Counted from the whole stretch's first letter, positions 24,421-38,422 are shown. The stretch is 57,671 nt of DNA, filler included, from Jimgerdemannia flammicorona (GCA_003990765.1; 3 parts of 3 records of this genome joined end to end with filler, not necessarily neighbours in it); one strand, 5' to 3'. A program made the numbers and translations. Notes: generated by a model not told the origin, from the sequence alone.

Positions 24421-25094
24421 TAGTATAGATAGATAGCTAGACTATAGCTAGTACAGCCAGTAGATGTAAATATTTTGCAAGCATATTTGCCTATATTTAT
24501 ATATATGGTCCCATACTTATATAAGTATTATAAAGTGTAGACTGTATTGTTTCACTTTGAACTTTTGGTATATTTGCCTATTTGAGGTTATAGTATATAT
24601 ACTTATCTTATAGATGGGTATATATAGTATAGAGTGAGATATTTTATATTATATATTTTTATAGGCAAATTTACCTGCACTATGGAATAAGAGATATATA
24701 TTTGAAAACTTTATATCTATATTTATATAAAGATAGTAAATTCAAGTCTTTTTATTATTATATTATTAGATATATAGAAAGTTTTGATTTTTATTAAATA
24801 AAATTATTTAATTTTTATTAAAGTTTTTATAAGATATATATTTTATATTATTTTATATTATTTAATCTAACTAATTATACTTTTTTAATAATATCTCTTT
24901 ATATACTCAAAATTTCTTAGAGTTATATCTCTAAAGTATAGTATAGCTAGCTTATTATTCTTAAATAACTTATAGATATACTTAGTAATTATTTATAAAA
25001 AATCTGATACATAAGTAATAATTTAGTCTTTTTATATATATATATAGTTACTAATAGATGAGTTATCTCAACTTAAAGTAGTGCTCTGCAAATC

Positions 25095-25460
25095 CAACCC
25101 AATTAACCTAAAACCCAACCTATAAAACAGCTAACCTGGAATTAGACATTACTCATCTTTAACCCAACTTGGAATTATATATCACCTATCTTTAACCTGA
25201 CCTGGAATTATACATCACCCATCTTTAACCTAATCCTGAATTGTACATCACCCATCTTTAACCTGATCTGAAAAGATATATTACCCATCTTTAACCTAAC
25301 CTGAAATTAAATATAACCTATCTTTAACTCAATCTGGAAATATACATCATCTGACTTGTTATTTACCCTTAACCTAAACCTAAATCTGACCCCTGAACCT
25401 GACCCTGAACCTGACTCCTGAACCTAACTCTGAACCTGACCCTCTGAACTCTGCCCTGAA
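25095..25460. repeat. hAT subterminal tandem arrays (~33-bp and 12-bp units)
   Basis: About six acccatctttaacctgacctggaattatacatc-like units, then about six cctgaacctgac units. Confidence 0.85.
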
Positions 25461-25529
25461 AAAATGATTTGGATAATATTTAGAGTAATTAGAAGTGAAA
25501 AATATCTGAAGACTACTAAGAATCCGAAT

Positions 25530-27865
25530 ATATACATGCATAAATTGTAGTTATACACAAGCTGTTTTAATGTTCAGTCACCTGCTTACCAGCAATAGAA
25601 AAAATATATTCAAATAGAACAGATGTTGCTGAAATAGTAAGATAATCATGAGCTATTTGTAAAAGATTAGGATATACTGACTGATTTCACTACCACCAAT
25701 CCAGTATATCTATATGAGTATTAGCTAAATTCTCTAATAAATAACTGAAATAGAGAAATATGAGTAAAAATTAACCAAGCCAATCAAAAAATATAAAAAC
25801 AATACCCACTATTCAAACTCATCATCTACATTGATGTGCTGTTTCTTCTCATATATTAAGTTGATAAAATCATTAGTATCACAGGATATTGAGGGTATAA
25901 TAACAGCATTAACAGGCTTATACTCCTTTTCCCAGATACATTCCATCTGCTTCTTCCATTCATCAATTAAGGATTTTTTCTATTGCTCATAATGGAAATA
26001 ATGCATATTGATATATGGATCTAAGGCTGAAGCTATGCTGTATAATGGTGTTATCTTGCAGTAATACTTTAGAAGTTTCATATATATATTCTCAGCAGCA
26101 GTAAGTATTATTTATAAAAAATAAAAAATAAATGGAAATATATATATATTACTTCCCAATTACTTACTAAATTAGTTCCTAAATTTACAAATAAAATTAC
26201 TTTCAAAATCATATATATACCTGATTAAAATATTTACCAGTTTGATATATATTGATAACATCTTTGAGGTAATCACATAGCTGATTAAATAGTAGGATAA
26301 TAGCTGCTACATATTATAAGATACTTTGAAGCTAACATCATAGTTATCACTTTGGCAAAAGGCTTGAGAAATTGGCAAATAAATTCAAATTGTTGCCATA
26401 CATCTTCAGATATATCACTCATTTGCTTATCTATGACACACAATATATCTAAGCCCTATTTGGATGTAATATCAATTTATTTAGTATCAAAATACTTCTA
26501 AATCATATTCCAAAATCTATACAAATAGATTCAAAATCTTACCTTATAAATCTCCAGAGTATGTACTAACATTTCATATATAGAACTCTATCTTGTCATA
26601 ACATCTAAGAGAGGCTTCAAAATGGGAATTCTGGAGGATTTACAGATCTTTACCAGTTGTGCTTGTTATTGTACTGAATTTTTGATCTTCTTTATCAACT
26701 CCCATAGCTTTTCAATAAGCTCACTAAGAGAACCAAGAGCATCATGAATGATGAGATTCAATACATATCTGAAACAGCATATATGAGTAAGTGGATGATG
26801 GAGATTCTCAAACAGAGTATCATTGTTACTGGTATTGTTATATATAACAGCAATAATTTGATTGTCACTAGGCAATAAATTATCTATTATCAGCTCTAGA
26901 ATTTTTGCAAGATTAGTACTCATGTATATTATTTCACTGATATTTACAAAGTCTAAGATAATGTCATGTATCTTCTAATCACTGTCAAACCAATAGGCTG
27001 TTATTTTAAGAAAAGCCTTAATGTTAATGTCCAATGTTCAACAATCAAGTATAAGTAATACTTTCAACTTGAGCTCTGCTAGTCTTGCTTTCACTTGAGT
27101 CTACAATAGTTCAAATTTCTTTTGAATAACTTGTGAAATTGTATTAGCTGATGGAAGGGCCAGATCAGGGCATAATATATGAAGGAGATACTTGAAGCCA
27201 GTGTTTTCGATAGTAGAGAATGGTAGATATCCAGTGATAATAAAGTTGGCAATTAACTGATGGAAATTTTTATTACTTAAAGTCTTGCTAGTGTATTCCT
27301 ATTTATAATGATAAAATTTGATGAATTATTTTTCTAATAATCTCCTAAGTACTTCCTGAATTTCATTCTATCCATACTTATAATATCATCTTTCTTAGAC
27401 CAGTGAGGATTCTCAGCATGCTAGAGAGGTAAGAGTATAGCATTGTGATACTTCTAGAGATGTCATTTAAGATTGTTGATATTACCATTCTTCAATATAT
27501 AGCTCTAAGTTATGCAATGATTGCAACTGATGAGCTTACTTTATAAATTCTATTTGAATAGAGAGATATAAGACTATATTAGAATCTCAACTACTTATAA
27601 CCAATCACTCTTATGACTGACCACCCTTACAACTGATGAGACCAACTACCTCTATGAATGCAATCATTAGTATAATGTATAAAACTATCTTTATAGTATG
27701 ATTCTACACTCAGATATTATCAGGTTTTGTTTTTATTTTTATTCTCATGCTCATTGGTGATAATGAACTGGTGGAGATATCCAATATATCCTTCAATATA
27801 TTCTCTGATATATCATCTGATGGTTCTGAGATTTCTCTTAAATGTACTTCTTGATCTTTAGACAT
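25530..27865 (-). pseudogene. hAT transposase with BED finger and C-terminal dimerisation domain, probably intron-containing
   Basis: Reads CNHC...NLK*HL*KYH, LDC*T...AFLKITAYW, CFRYVLNLII, LDVMTR*SSIYEML, LDWW...YPNLLQIAHDYLTISATSV..E.IFS.AG. Confidence 0.88.
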
Positions 27866-28234
27866 TTTGAAAAGTATTTGATAACAGTGGGGACTGGAAG
27901 CTTGAGTGGGAGGCTGAGAGCTAGAAAGTGGCTAGGAAGTAGTGAGCTAGGGAGTAGCAAACTGGGAAATGAGTTAGAGAGGCAGTGAACTAGGGGGCAG
28001 AGAGTTGGGGGGAGGCAGTGAGTGGTGGAGAAAGCCAGGAACTGTGGGGCCTAAAATAGGAGTCAGCAAGCTGAGGGGTAGTAAGATAGAGAGTAGCATA
28101 AGGTATGATAGCCAATAATTGATTGTGGACAGAGGATGGATGAATAAATATGCATAGGTAGTAAACTGATACCCATCATACAACTGCAAACAGCAAATAT
28201 ACTTTAGAGTTCAGTATATTCTGCATAAGCCCTG

Positions 28235-28450
28235 ATTGAGCAAGGTTTGTAATAATGTTTGAGCAAGGTTTGTGGTATATTTGAGCAAGATTTGCAGCAA
28301 GATTTGAGCAAGATTTGCAAGCAAGATTAAAGTGAGATTTGCAAGCAAGATTAAAGCAAGATTTGCATATAAGATTAAAGTGAGATTTGTATAAGCCAGG
28401 CTTTGCAAGCCTTGCACTTGTAAGCCTTGTACTTGTAAGCTTGGACAAGC
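28235..28450. repeat. gcaagattt-type short-unit tandem array
   Basis: Repeated gagcaagatttgca / gcaagattaaa / cttgtaagc units. Probably the subterminal region of a DNA element cut by the LTR. Confidence 0.7.
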
Positions 28451-28477
28451 TCAGTCACAAGCTGATATAATGTGTAT

Positions 28478-30032
28478 TATTATATAGTAGTCACTGAGTC
28501 CTTCAAATATACCAGATTCTCTTCAAGATGTATCTCTTAGACTAACTCAAGTTTGTTATAAGCAAGTTCTTATTGGAGTGCCTTCCCAAAGTCTTATAGT
28601 CCTCAAACTTCTTATCTTTTAACTGTCTTATTATCTCTTAGATTTCTTGCAAGGAAGTGTGTGTATTGCACTGAGAAGACTAACTTTATTTCAGAGAAAA
28701 TAAGAGGGGTATTTATACAAAATATAATTCAATAGTTGCTAAGATATAAAGCTAAATATAAATTCCAATAACTAAAATAAAATGCCAGGACAGGAAAAAC
28801 TACTAAGTTCCAGAGTTGGCACTAATGGTTGTACAGGTTCAGGATGCTGGTATAATTCAGTGTCATATCAAAATACCAGTGCTGGTATTATTCAGTGTTA
28901 CATTAAAATGCTGGTACTGGTATTATTCAGTATAACCAAGAGACTTAGAGCAAAATATTCAAGACCATAGGGGCTTTATCATCAGAGGTCAGGATATCTT
29001 TGAAGGAGATGAGGTCTGCAAATGTCTCATCTATCTCATCATTGTCATTACATAGATCACATATTTCACATACTTTGCATGTTTCATTGTACATCTCATG
29101 TATGTCATGTGGGATGATGTCATTGCTGATGATATCATCACATTCAGCAATAGAGAAATCGGGAGCTCTCCAATCTATGAGGTTCTCTTCTACAAAATAA
29201 AAGACAAATGTGGGGTCTTGGGGGGGCCTAACCTGGATGCTTGGGCCTTGGAATACTGAGATCAATCCTTGCAGGAATTGGTCTGGGTTGTCCTGAAGGA
29301 TGAGATGCCAGAAGTCTTCTACTTCATCACTATTGAGAATAATAGTGGACTGGGCTTCTGTAGCCACTCTGGCTTCTAGTATATTGATATAGTGGGATGA
29401 TAGGTCTCTGAAATCTGAGACTCTAACATACTCCAAGTTGGGGATTGACTATGGTGCATGTCTAAAGATCTGATAGATCTTCTTAGCTATCCTTATTTTA
29501 TGTATATTCATGTTGTAGCTCTTGAGTGCTGGTCTGTGGAACTCCTGATAGAGGAGGTTTCCTATTTTGTATTCCTATCACATTTGGAGATATTCAGTAG
29601 CAATAGTGATCCTAGTTTCCATTTCACAGTAATAGAGAATATAGTGATAAGAGTTACCAGCACCCAGGTTGACACTAGGAGTCCTTCTTGAGCAGGTCCT
29701 TATGGCTCTTCTGATGTCTTGGAATATCCTCTCTTTGACTGAGATGCCTTGATGATTTCTTGATCTTGAGGTTTGGTGAGTGGCAGGCATTTCATTTGTA
29801 GTGAGTCTTTGAGCAATTTTGAGATTAGTGGGTCTTATTGGTTGCTATTACTGTGATTTCTTGATCCTTCTTTTATATTTCTCAAGATGCTTGTACTGTG
29901 GTCACAATAACTTATAGTTGGTCATCATTGCTCATCTCATATGCCATATGATCTTCTTGTGCTCTGATCTGATGACTTGCAAGGAAAGACTGTCTCTTGT
30001 GCTAATGTTATTATTCTGGGGTCACTGTTATA
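28478..30032 (-). repeat. 3' LTR of family B (~1555 bp)
   Basis: Colinear with 49487-51086 and 19262-20559. The end tattatatagtag is a decayed tgtcacatagtag. Confidence 0.88.
28945..29790 (-). pseudogene. Decayed copy of the LTR-encoded ORF
   Basis: ORFs 29578-29790 and 28945-29436 match the 278-aa protein. Confidence 0.9.
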
Positions 30033-30344
30033 TCTTCTTCTTGAATAAGGATCTTCTTGAGCATCCTTATTCATTGATCTAGTCCTGAAAAATTTGCTGA
30101 TCCCATAACCTCTGGCAAGGGATCAAAAAGTGGTATTTATGGGCTAGCATCTTCCCTTTATATTTTGGCATGATGGTGAAGGGTCACTCCCTTCATATAG
30201 AGCAAGGGTCTGATTCTGATCTTGACCAATCAGTTGATGGTTCAAACTCCTTGAGCTTCAAAAGTCTTATAGATGAGTAGTTGCTAGTATCATATCCCTT
30301 AGAGAATGGTTCAGACAGATAGCCTGCTGGTCATGGGACATGAT

Positions 30345-32645
30345 GTTATGATTCATAGACTAGAACCTCATGGGCAGTCATCATGTTTTGCTTCTCTTGT
30401 ATAGGTTCATAGTACTTCTTGAGTCTGTTCCTATATACCATAGTAGGCAGTATGGTCTCTGAGATTTTTCGAAGCCAGAAGGTAGTTCCCTTGATATCTT
30501 GCATATAGAAGGGTTCTTCCTATTTGGGCTCCAGTTTTCATGACTATGAGACTTCTATTATATTTTGATATAGTAGGATCTTTTCTCCAATTCAGATGGG
30601 TTCTAGAGTCTTGTGATTCTTTTTTGTATTCTTCCTTATCAGCACTTGTGACTTGATAATATAATCTTCAGCCTTCTTTCTGATGTGGTATAGTCTCCAG
30701 ATTTCTGCATCAATCTATCTCCAAGTTAGGTCTAGATTTGTAGCTGAGGTTCCATCAGAATCTTCTTCTCTAAAGAGCAGTTCTCTTAAGATAAAGTGTG
30801 TGCTCTGTAACTATATATCTCATAGAACAGAGAGAGTAGTTGGGAGATAGTTATCTCAATTCTCATATGTCTCTGAGATCTTTGTCAGAATGTTCTTGAG
30901 GGTCTTGTTGGTTCTCTCTGTCTGTCCATTTCCTTGAGGGTAGTATGTAGTGGTCTTGATGTGCTGGATCTTGTATTTCTGATATATTATCTCATAGAAT
31001 CCATTGATAAATTCTGTGCTGCAGTCTGTTGTGATTTGTTTCGGTATCTTATAGTGGCAGATGATTTCTCAATGTAGGAAGTCAGCTATAGAGAGGGCAT
31101 TGGCTTCTTATAATGCTCCTGCTTCTATCCATTTGGTAAAGAGGTCTACAATAACTATAATATAGCAGTTTCCTGATAGTGTTACTGGTAGTGGCCCAAT
31201 GATATCCATTGCAATGTAGTAGAAGGGGATAGGCTCAATTCTTAATAACCTGAGTGCCTGGTCTTGCTGATCTTGTTTCTGTTTTTGGTACTTGTCACAC
31301 TCTTTGACAAATTGGTACAGGTCTTCTTCCATCTTGGGCCACTACATAGTTCTTCTTACTTTGTCATATGTATTGATTCCTTCTGGGTATCCTTGCTCAT
31401 GTACTTCCTTCATTACTTGATACTTCTTATATTTGGGTATTACTAGCTTTCCTCCTTTTCTGAGTATAGTGTTGTCTAGTTCAAACTATTTCCAAGTCCA
31501 GTTGATAATGGTGATTGTCCAGGGTTTGAGGTGGTTGGGTATCTTCCACTGTCCAAGATAGTTGATTAATCCATAGTATAGCTCCTTATTCATATTGAAT
31601 AGTCTTGATGGGAGTGTTTTGAAGTGTCCTTGAGAGTGCATCAACATTGGTATTAGTTCTTCCTAAACAGTGCTTGACAGTACAGTCATACTCTTGTAGC
31701 CTGTAGATCCATCTGGTATATATTCCTTTGGAGTTCAGAGTGTGGAATAGCCAGGCAAGAGTGGAATGATCTGTTTGAATAGTGAAGTGTTTCTCAGCTA
31801 GGTAGTAGTGGAACTTGTCTACTGCCCAAACTACTGCTAAGAATTTGAGCTTGTATGATTTGTAGTTCTGTTCTGCTCTATGGATATCTTGGCTTATATA
31901 GGAGATGACATATTTATGTCTATCTTTCTTCTAAGCTAGAACTGCTCTAAGTTTTATAGTACTTGCATCTATCTGCAGAATAAATTCTAGGTTCCAATCT
32001 GGTCTTCTGAGAATAGGTGCTTGGGTCAACTTGATCTTGAGTTCATTGAAGGTTTCTTGGTACTTCTTGGTCCATTTGAATTTGGTTTCCTTCTTCAGTA
32101 GCTCATAGATAGGTACTGCAATGTTGGAATATCTTTTGATAAATCTTCTGTAGTAACTGGTCAGTCTAAGGAAGGTATGGACTTCTGTGGTTATTCTGGG
32201 TCTTGGGTAGGCTGTAATAGCCTCAATCTTCATAGGGTCTGTGTGGATTCTGGTCTGATTGATGAGGTGTTCTAGGTAGGTAATTTTTTGAGCTACAAAC
32301 TTGCATTTCTTGGGCTTGATATAAAGGCCATGCTCCTTGAGCTTCTTGAGGGCTAGCTGTATGTAATTGATATATTCCTATATAGTGTTGTTGAAAATGA
32401 TCACATCATCAATATAAATGAAGAGACATTTTCCAATATTGTTGCTGAAGACTCTGTTCATCATTTGCTGGAAACTTGCTGGGGCATTGCATATTCCAAA
32501 TGGCATTTGTAGGTAGATATAGGTGGTTTCAGATATGATGAAAGCTGATTTCTCACTGGTATCTTGAGTGAGATCAATCTGATGGAAGCCTGAGAACAGA
32601 TCTAGGGTGGTGTAGTATTTGGCTTTGCTTGGATACTGCAGGGGC
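30345..32645 (-). pseudogene. pol (RT, RNase H, integrase) of family B
   Basis: Reads YYTTLDLFSGFHQ, MPFGICNAPASFQ, IYIDDVII, ILQIDAS, IAMDIIGPLP, VDLFTKW. Confidence 0.93.
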
Positions 32646-32725
32646 ATCTCTCTCTACTACAATTCACATTATACACACTTTACAACACACTTTCAAATCA
32701 TTTATTGGAGAAAGATATTAAGGAG

Positions 32726-34758
32726 ATGTCAACCAGTAAGTGAGCCGATGCATATCCTAGGTCAGGTGGACCTGGGGCCTTCGACTGGCAGCATGTCGGG
32801 AGAGGGTATAGACTGGGGATGGAGTCTTTTGGTAGATCGAGTGGACTGGGCAGCTTGGGTGGTGGAGGTGGCACTGGTGGGGGGGCTGGAGGGTAGCAGG
32901 GAGAGAGCTTTGCAGATGCACTTAAGGCTGGGGGTTGGCCAAGGGGTGCCCACAGTAGACAGGCAGGAGGAAAGGGGAAGCAGAAGGTTGGAGATACTGG
33001 GGGAGCTGGGCCTTCACTGGTGGGAGGTGGAGGGAGTGGAGTAGTGGCTGGGGGTAGTGGTGGGACTTCTGATAGTAGTGTGATGGTGAATCAGGAAAAA
33101 AAAAGAAATGTGATGGCTGATGGCCAGAGGGGGCAGGGGTTCCCGATGTGGAAGGGGGACCTGGCAGATAGTGTAATGGGACTGGCGGTGGCTCCATTGC
33201 TCAAGAAGTTGATCTCAGAGTTCGCGGCTACCTTGTGCTTCAGGGGCTTGGCGGTGATAGTGAGGATAGTCCTGGGGCTTATTTCGAGACAGGTGGCTGG
33301 TGCAGCCTCAGTGAAGTTCTTGAAGGGCCTGGAGGGGGTTGAGGTGGGCTTTGAGGAGGCAGGCCTACTGGATGAGGCCATGAAGACAGGAGTGGTGGTT
33401 GGGGAGGTGGTGGTCCCCATGGTGAGGTACTTAAGGTGGGACCCCAGGGTGGTGCAGCTTCTGGTGAGGGGGGTGCCCATGGTGACTAAGGAGGAGACTA
33501 GGAGGAGGGTAGAGGAGGTGATGGTAGAGTATGGTGACATGGTGGACATTGGCTTTCAGTTGTAAGAGGGGACAACTATTAAGATGGGTGACATTGATGT
33601 CAGGATTCAGTTGGCAGGGAAGGAGGCCACAGGGAAGACAAGTGACTGGCCCTTGGTGCTAATGTGGGGGGCCATCATCTGCAAGGTGTCGAGGGTGAAG
33701 GGGAGTGAAGAGGAGGAGGAGAACTTGTTGGAGGTGCTGGAGGAGTTGGGTGGTGCTGTAGAGAGGAGGGCAAAGGCCTGGAAACAGTATGAGGAGTCAA
33801 CACATCTGGAAGTTGTGGGTGGGAAGTATATCTGTATGGATAAGAAGCAGTGGGAGTGGGCCCAGGGATGCAAGAGGCAGAGGGAGCTGTTGGCAAGTAT
33901 GACAGGTGGGGGGAAGAAGAAGTCAGGGGAAGCTGAGGAGTCTGGAGGCATTGAGGCCAGTGTCTGGACTGATAAAGGAGGAGAAGAGGTGGAGGCAAAG
34001 GAGGCAGGGGCTGGGAAGAGGCTGGACAAGAACTCATTTGCTGATGGTACCTTTGAAGTGTGGGAGCCAGAGTTGGATACCACCCCCCCCCTACTTATCA
34101 GGAGGGGCCCAGTGGGGAAGAGAGAGATGATGGAGGATATATGGATGCAGGGGGCCCAGCAGGTGTGCTTTGGGGTCCCTGATATGGCATAAGGGGATCA
34201 GGTAGTGGTGGTTGGTGAGGATGAGCTGGTGGATGTCTCTGAGGAGGAGTGGGATGAGGCTGCTAGTGTAGGAGCTGACATCACGATGTTGGATGCTGGG
34301 TGACTGGGAACTCTGAGAGGGAAGGAGGTGGGGAACTTGTTGTGGATATGCAAGGTGATGGATAACCTTGCAGCAGAGGCTTTGGGGGAGGTAGACCTGC
34401 AGGTGATGCCTGAGGAGCATTGGGCAAGATTCTGCATGGTGATGGTATGGTGGAGGCACTGAAGGTAGAGATTCTGGCAATTTTGCTGGAGGAGGAGGGA
34501 TATGAGGTTGATGAGGTGAGGAAGGCAGACCTGGGGGTAGTTGCTGGTGAGCCGGCAGACTACTGTTGGGCAGAGCATCATGGTCTGCGGCTCTGGCAGG
34601 AGGCCTGCCAGGAGTATTATGAGGATTTTGAGGAGCATGAAGATAGGGCAATGGTAGAACTTCTGGGAGAGTTGGAGGCATGGGAAGCTGGGGAGAGAGA
34701 ACTGGCTGCTGAACATAGCTTGGACTTGGTGCAGGAGGGGCAGGATGCCGACTTGTAG
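32726..34758 (+). pseudogene. LINE ORF1, disrupted
   Basis: ORF pieces 33020-33565, 33584-34192 and 34420-34758. Confidence 0.85.
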
Positions 34759-34791
34759 AGGATGGGACCCTGATATATATCATTATTCTTT

Positions 34792-37700
34792 ATGAACAGT
34801 ACAACCAACATTTTCTCCTTAAATGTGAATGGGCTAAGGAGCTCTGGGTGGTGTAGGAACATTTTTACTTAACTCAAGGGATTGGAGACTGATCTCTTTT
34901 TATTGCAGGATATTCGGTGTAAGGATGAGGACAATCGAGTAGAGTGGACTAGGAAATGGGGGGGGGCTGCTGCTTGGTTTGGAAAGGTAGTGATTCTGGT
35001 GAGGAAGGGCAGAGGAGACTTGGGGGAAATCAGGAGCTGGGGTGATCGCTTGGTCTAGGGAGATTGGCATTGGCCAGGATGGGAATTGGTGAAGGTGGCC
35101 TCTTGCTACTACCCTGTAGCTAGGGGTGAGAGGACTGCATAGATTAGGGGGTTGCTGGAGGAGGGTATTCTCTTGGAGGAAGGAGTCGATGTTCTCAGTA
35201 GAGACTTTAATATGGTTCAGGATCAGCATCTAGACAGAACTGATAGAGGGAGGAGTACCGGGGGTCAAAGTAGAGGTCTGGATACATGGGAGGAGGTGGA
35301 GACGTTGAGCTTCTTGGGGGATATGGGCAGAACAAGGTGGGGTGACACCAGGGTCTACATGCATTGGGTGAATGGCTTGGGCACATGAATTGACTGGATT
35401 CTGATGGCAGAGTGCTGGGGTTCGGATGTTTGGAAGGCATTGGAAGTGGAGTGGTGCCCATGGTCTGATCACTGGGGACTGTTGGGGCAGGGGCAGTTTG
35501 GGGGGAGTGGAGATGGACCTGGACATTGGCGCCTTAACTCCTCCCTGCTGGCTGAAAAGGGGCTATGGGAACTGTGGGTGGAGGACATTCAGGCAAAAGT
35601 TTTTATCTGGAAGCATGAGGGTTTACCTGTGGCTGTCTACTGGATGAGGTTAAAAGAGGCTGCGAGGATTTATTGGGGAGGGGCTGGTAGAGAGGCTGGG
35701 AGGCAGAGAAGGAGGTGCACAAGGTGTGCTTCCAGCAGGCTGAGGAGACTACAACTAGATTGGGCAGATTTGCTCACTATTGTAGGGGTGGAGGATTGGA
35801 GGATAGAGAGAGTGAAATTGGAGATAGTGGAACAACAACAGGTGCTGAGGGAAGAGGAGGAGACCCATATGCAGGGTATGGCTGCTAGGCTACAGTGGCA
35901 GGAGCTTGAGGAGGGTGAGTGGCCTACTAGGTACTTATCAAGACTTCTCAAAGCTAGGAGAGTGCGTCATCGGTGGGATGGGGTCCTGGATGCTGATGGG
36001 AACATGGTTCATGGCATGCAACAAATCTTGGGGGTCTTGAAGGAGAGATGGTAGGGCTTGTAGAGTGAGGGAGAAGGGAGTGCGGATGAGGCAGAGATTG
36101 CGAATACACTAGATGAGTGGGGGCCACCACAGGTTGCTGGACTGAGGGACTTGACCTTACCAGTGCAGGGAGAGGAGATCCAGAGTGTCCTGGCAGCAAC
36201 TAAGCTTGAGATGGTGCCAGGGGAGGATGGATTGCTATGGGACTTCTGGAAGAAGATGGTAAACATCCCCAGAGTTTTGGGCAAGATGGCTGCTCTTTGT
36301 GACTATGTCCTTCAGAGTGGTGAGTGGGTTGGAGAGCAGGATCTGAGGCTGGTGGCTTTACTGTACAAAGACAAGGGAAGGAGGGAAGACTGGAAGAACT
36401 GGAGGCTGATCAAGCTTCTGGATATGAACAGGAAGATGGTGACTAAGGTGATTGTCGCAAGGCTGCAGAAAGTTGCCCAACAGGTGCTGGGGGAAGAGCA
36501 GAGGGGCTTTGTTGGGGGCAGGCTAATAAGAGATGGAACTGCATGGGTTCATGGTGTCATTGAAGGGGCCTGGGCCTGTGGACTAGATGGAAGGTTGGTC
36601 TTTCTGGACCAGGAGAAGGCATATGACCATGTGCGATGGGTGTGGCTGGGAAAGGTATTGGACCGGATTGGTGTTCTCCCAACATTTAGGCCTTTATGTT
36701 GAGTCTGCTGGAAAGTAGTTGGGCAGCTCTGACGTGTAATGGTCACCATGGGAGGGTATTTCCCTTGGGAAGAGGAGTACCTCAGGGGGACCCTCTATCC
36801 CCGATTCTCTATACCCTTTCACTGGAGCTGTTGATGGATAGGATTCACTGGAAGATAGCAGGGCTCTCTATATATGGTATAGTGTGGAAGGTGGAGGCCT
36901 TTGCTAATGATATGGTGGTTGGACTTGGGTCTGTGGCAGATGTAGAGGCACTTCAGGAGACTGTGGAATGGTATGAGGCTCACTCGGGGACAAAACTCAA
37001 CTGGTATAAGTGTGAGACAATGGTGCTAAGGAATGGGCTAGTGGGTGGGGACGTCATTGGAACAATTGTCCCTACTGGGGAGGTGGTGCAGTATCTGGGC
37101 ATCTTCCTCTCTGTATATGGTTCTGTCTTGCCATGAGTGTAGTGGGAGAGCAGGGTGAATAGTTGGGGGGAGGCCCTTCGAGGTTGGGGAGGCTGCCATA
37201 TCTCTCTAGCAGGTGGGTGTCAATCCTAAATGTATATTGGTTCTCAAAGCTGTAGTATGTGGCATATCACCTCGACTTCCCAGCATGAGTGGTGAAGAAG
37301 CTGACGAAGGTGGCTAGGGATTGGATTTGGGTGGGGAGGAGGTCCCAGGTCAGTTGGGATACTCTTGCAAGACCAGTAGTCAGGGGAGGTTTTGGCCTGG
37401 TGGATTTTCCTAAGAGGCTGCACTGCTTGAGAGCCTGGTGGTTGAAGAGAGCTGTGGAATTGCAGGGTGGAGGTTGGGTACCTCTGCTGCAGAAGGTATG
37501 GGAGATGCGAACGTCCCCTCGAGGGTCCTCCAGGGATCTGCTCTCTTTGGTGGGGCTGAATGGAATTCAGAGGCTACGGTTCAAGGGCTTTTGGTGGGGA
37601 GTGGCTGATGGAGCACACCGAATTGGCCTACATTGACAGGGTAATAAGGGGGAGGTGGCATGGGGGCCTAATATGTGGCATTGGGATAGACTGCTCCTGG

Positions 37701-38422
37701 GGGGTACTCCACTGGCTGTGTTCGATATTGGGGAGAGAGTGGAGTGTCAGCAGGGGCTTGGCCAGGATCTTTGGCTGAGTGGCTGGCAGGCAGTTGGAAT
37801 CGGAGAGGAGTGGGACTGGGTAGGCATCTGGTCTTAGAGTACAGAGGTACAGGGGTGGCTTCCTCCCAAGTTCTGGGTGGTATGGTGGAGAATGTTGTAG
37901 AGGAATGTCATGCTGAATTTCCACTTAAGGCATTTAGTAGAGGGTGGACAATTTGACTACAAGGAGTGTTATGGTGTTGGGCAAGCTGGAGATTATGTAC
38001 AGATGCCAGAATATTGGCTGGGAGAGTGTGAGGTTTTGGGGGAATTTTGGGCTGAAATAGGAGATAGACTGGGTGTGGGGCATCGGCTGATAGGGGAGGG
38101 GGGTCACTGGGAGAACTTAAGATCTTGGCTTGTGGGTGGGGTGGGTGATAGTTAGCTCACTATAGGGTGGGTGTTAGCAGTATGGGTGGGACTGGTGGGA
38201 CATTGGCTTTTTGTATTTGAGGAGGGGCAGCAGTTGGGGCTGCAAGAGAAGGTGTTAAGGTGGGAGGAGCTGGTGGGGGATCTGCTGACTAGATGGTGGG
38301 TGGGTTGGGGTCCTCAGGGGGGATGACATCATGGTTTGGTAGTAAAGATATGTGAGCAGAGTGGTGGGAGGGTGGGGATATTGTTTGACAAAGTGGTCTT
38401 TTACAGGGAAGGGGTAGGGGGG
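34792..38422 (+). pseudogene. LINE ORF2, disrupted
   Basis: Starts MNSTTNIFSLNVNGLR. Contains SDH, FLDQEKAYD, GVPQGDPLSP and FAND (decayed FADD). Confidence 0.92.

Larger units (their letters stand above)
25079..28000 (-). mobile_element. Decayed hAT DNA transposon (far terminus not resolved)
   Basis: TIR-like tagtgctctgcaaa at 25079, subterminal repeat array and transposase relic. Confidence 0.8.
28478..32645 (-). mobile_element. Gypsy family B, 3' half (RT-RH-IN-PPT-LTR), cut by a LINE insertion
   Basis: pol fragments 32378-32647, 31931-32233 and 31108-31332. Purine tract caagaagaaga immediately precedes the LTR start at 30032. Confidence 0.92.
32646..38422 (+). mobile_element. L1/Tx1-like LINE inserted in the RT of gypsy B, 3' end at gap
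   Basis: Colinear with 13446-19161. Confidence 0.95.

Noticed and set aside
25095..25460. Regularly spaced repeats resembling a CRISPR array or telomere
   Set aside because: No unique spacers and no cas genes. The units are tandem and adjacent to a hAT TIR in a eukaryotic context.
19262..30032. LTRs at 19262-20559 and 28478-30032 as the two ends of one element carrying piggyBac and hAT cargo
   Set aside because: The right copy is the 3' LTR of the pol lying to its right. The left copy has no PPT and is much less decayed.
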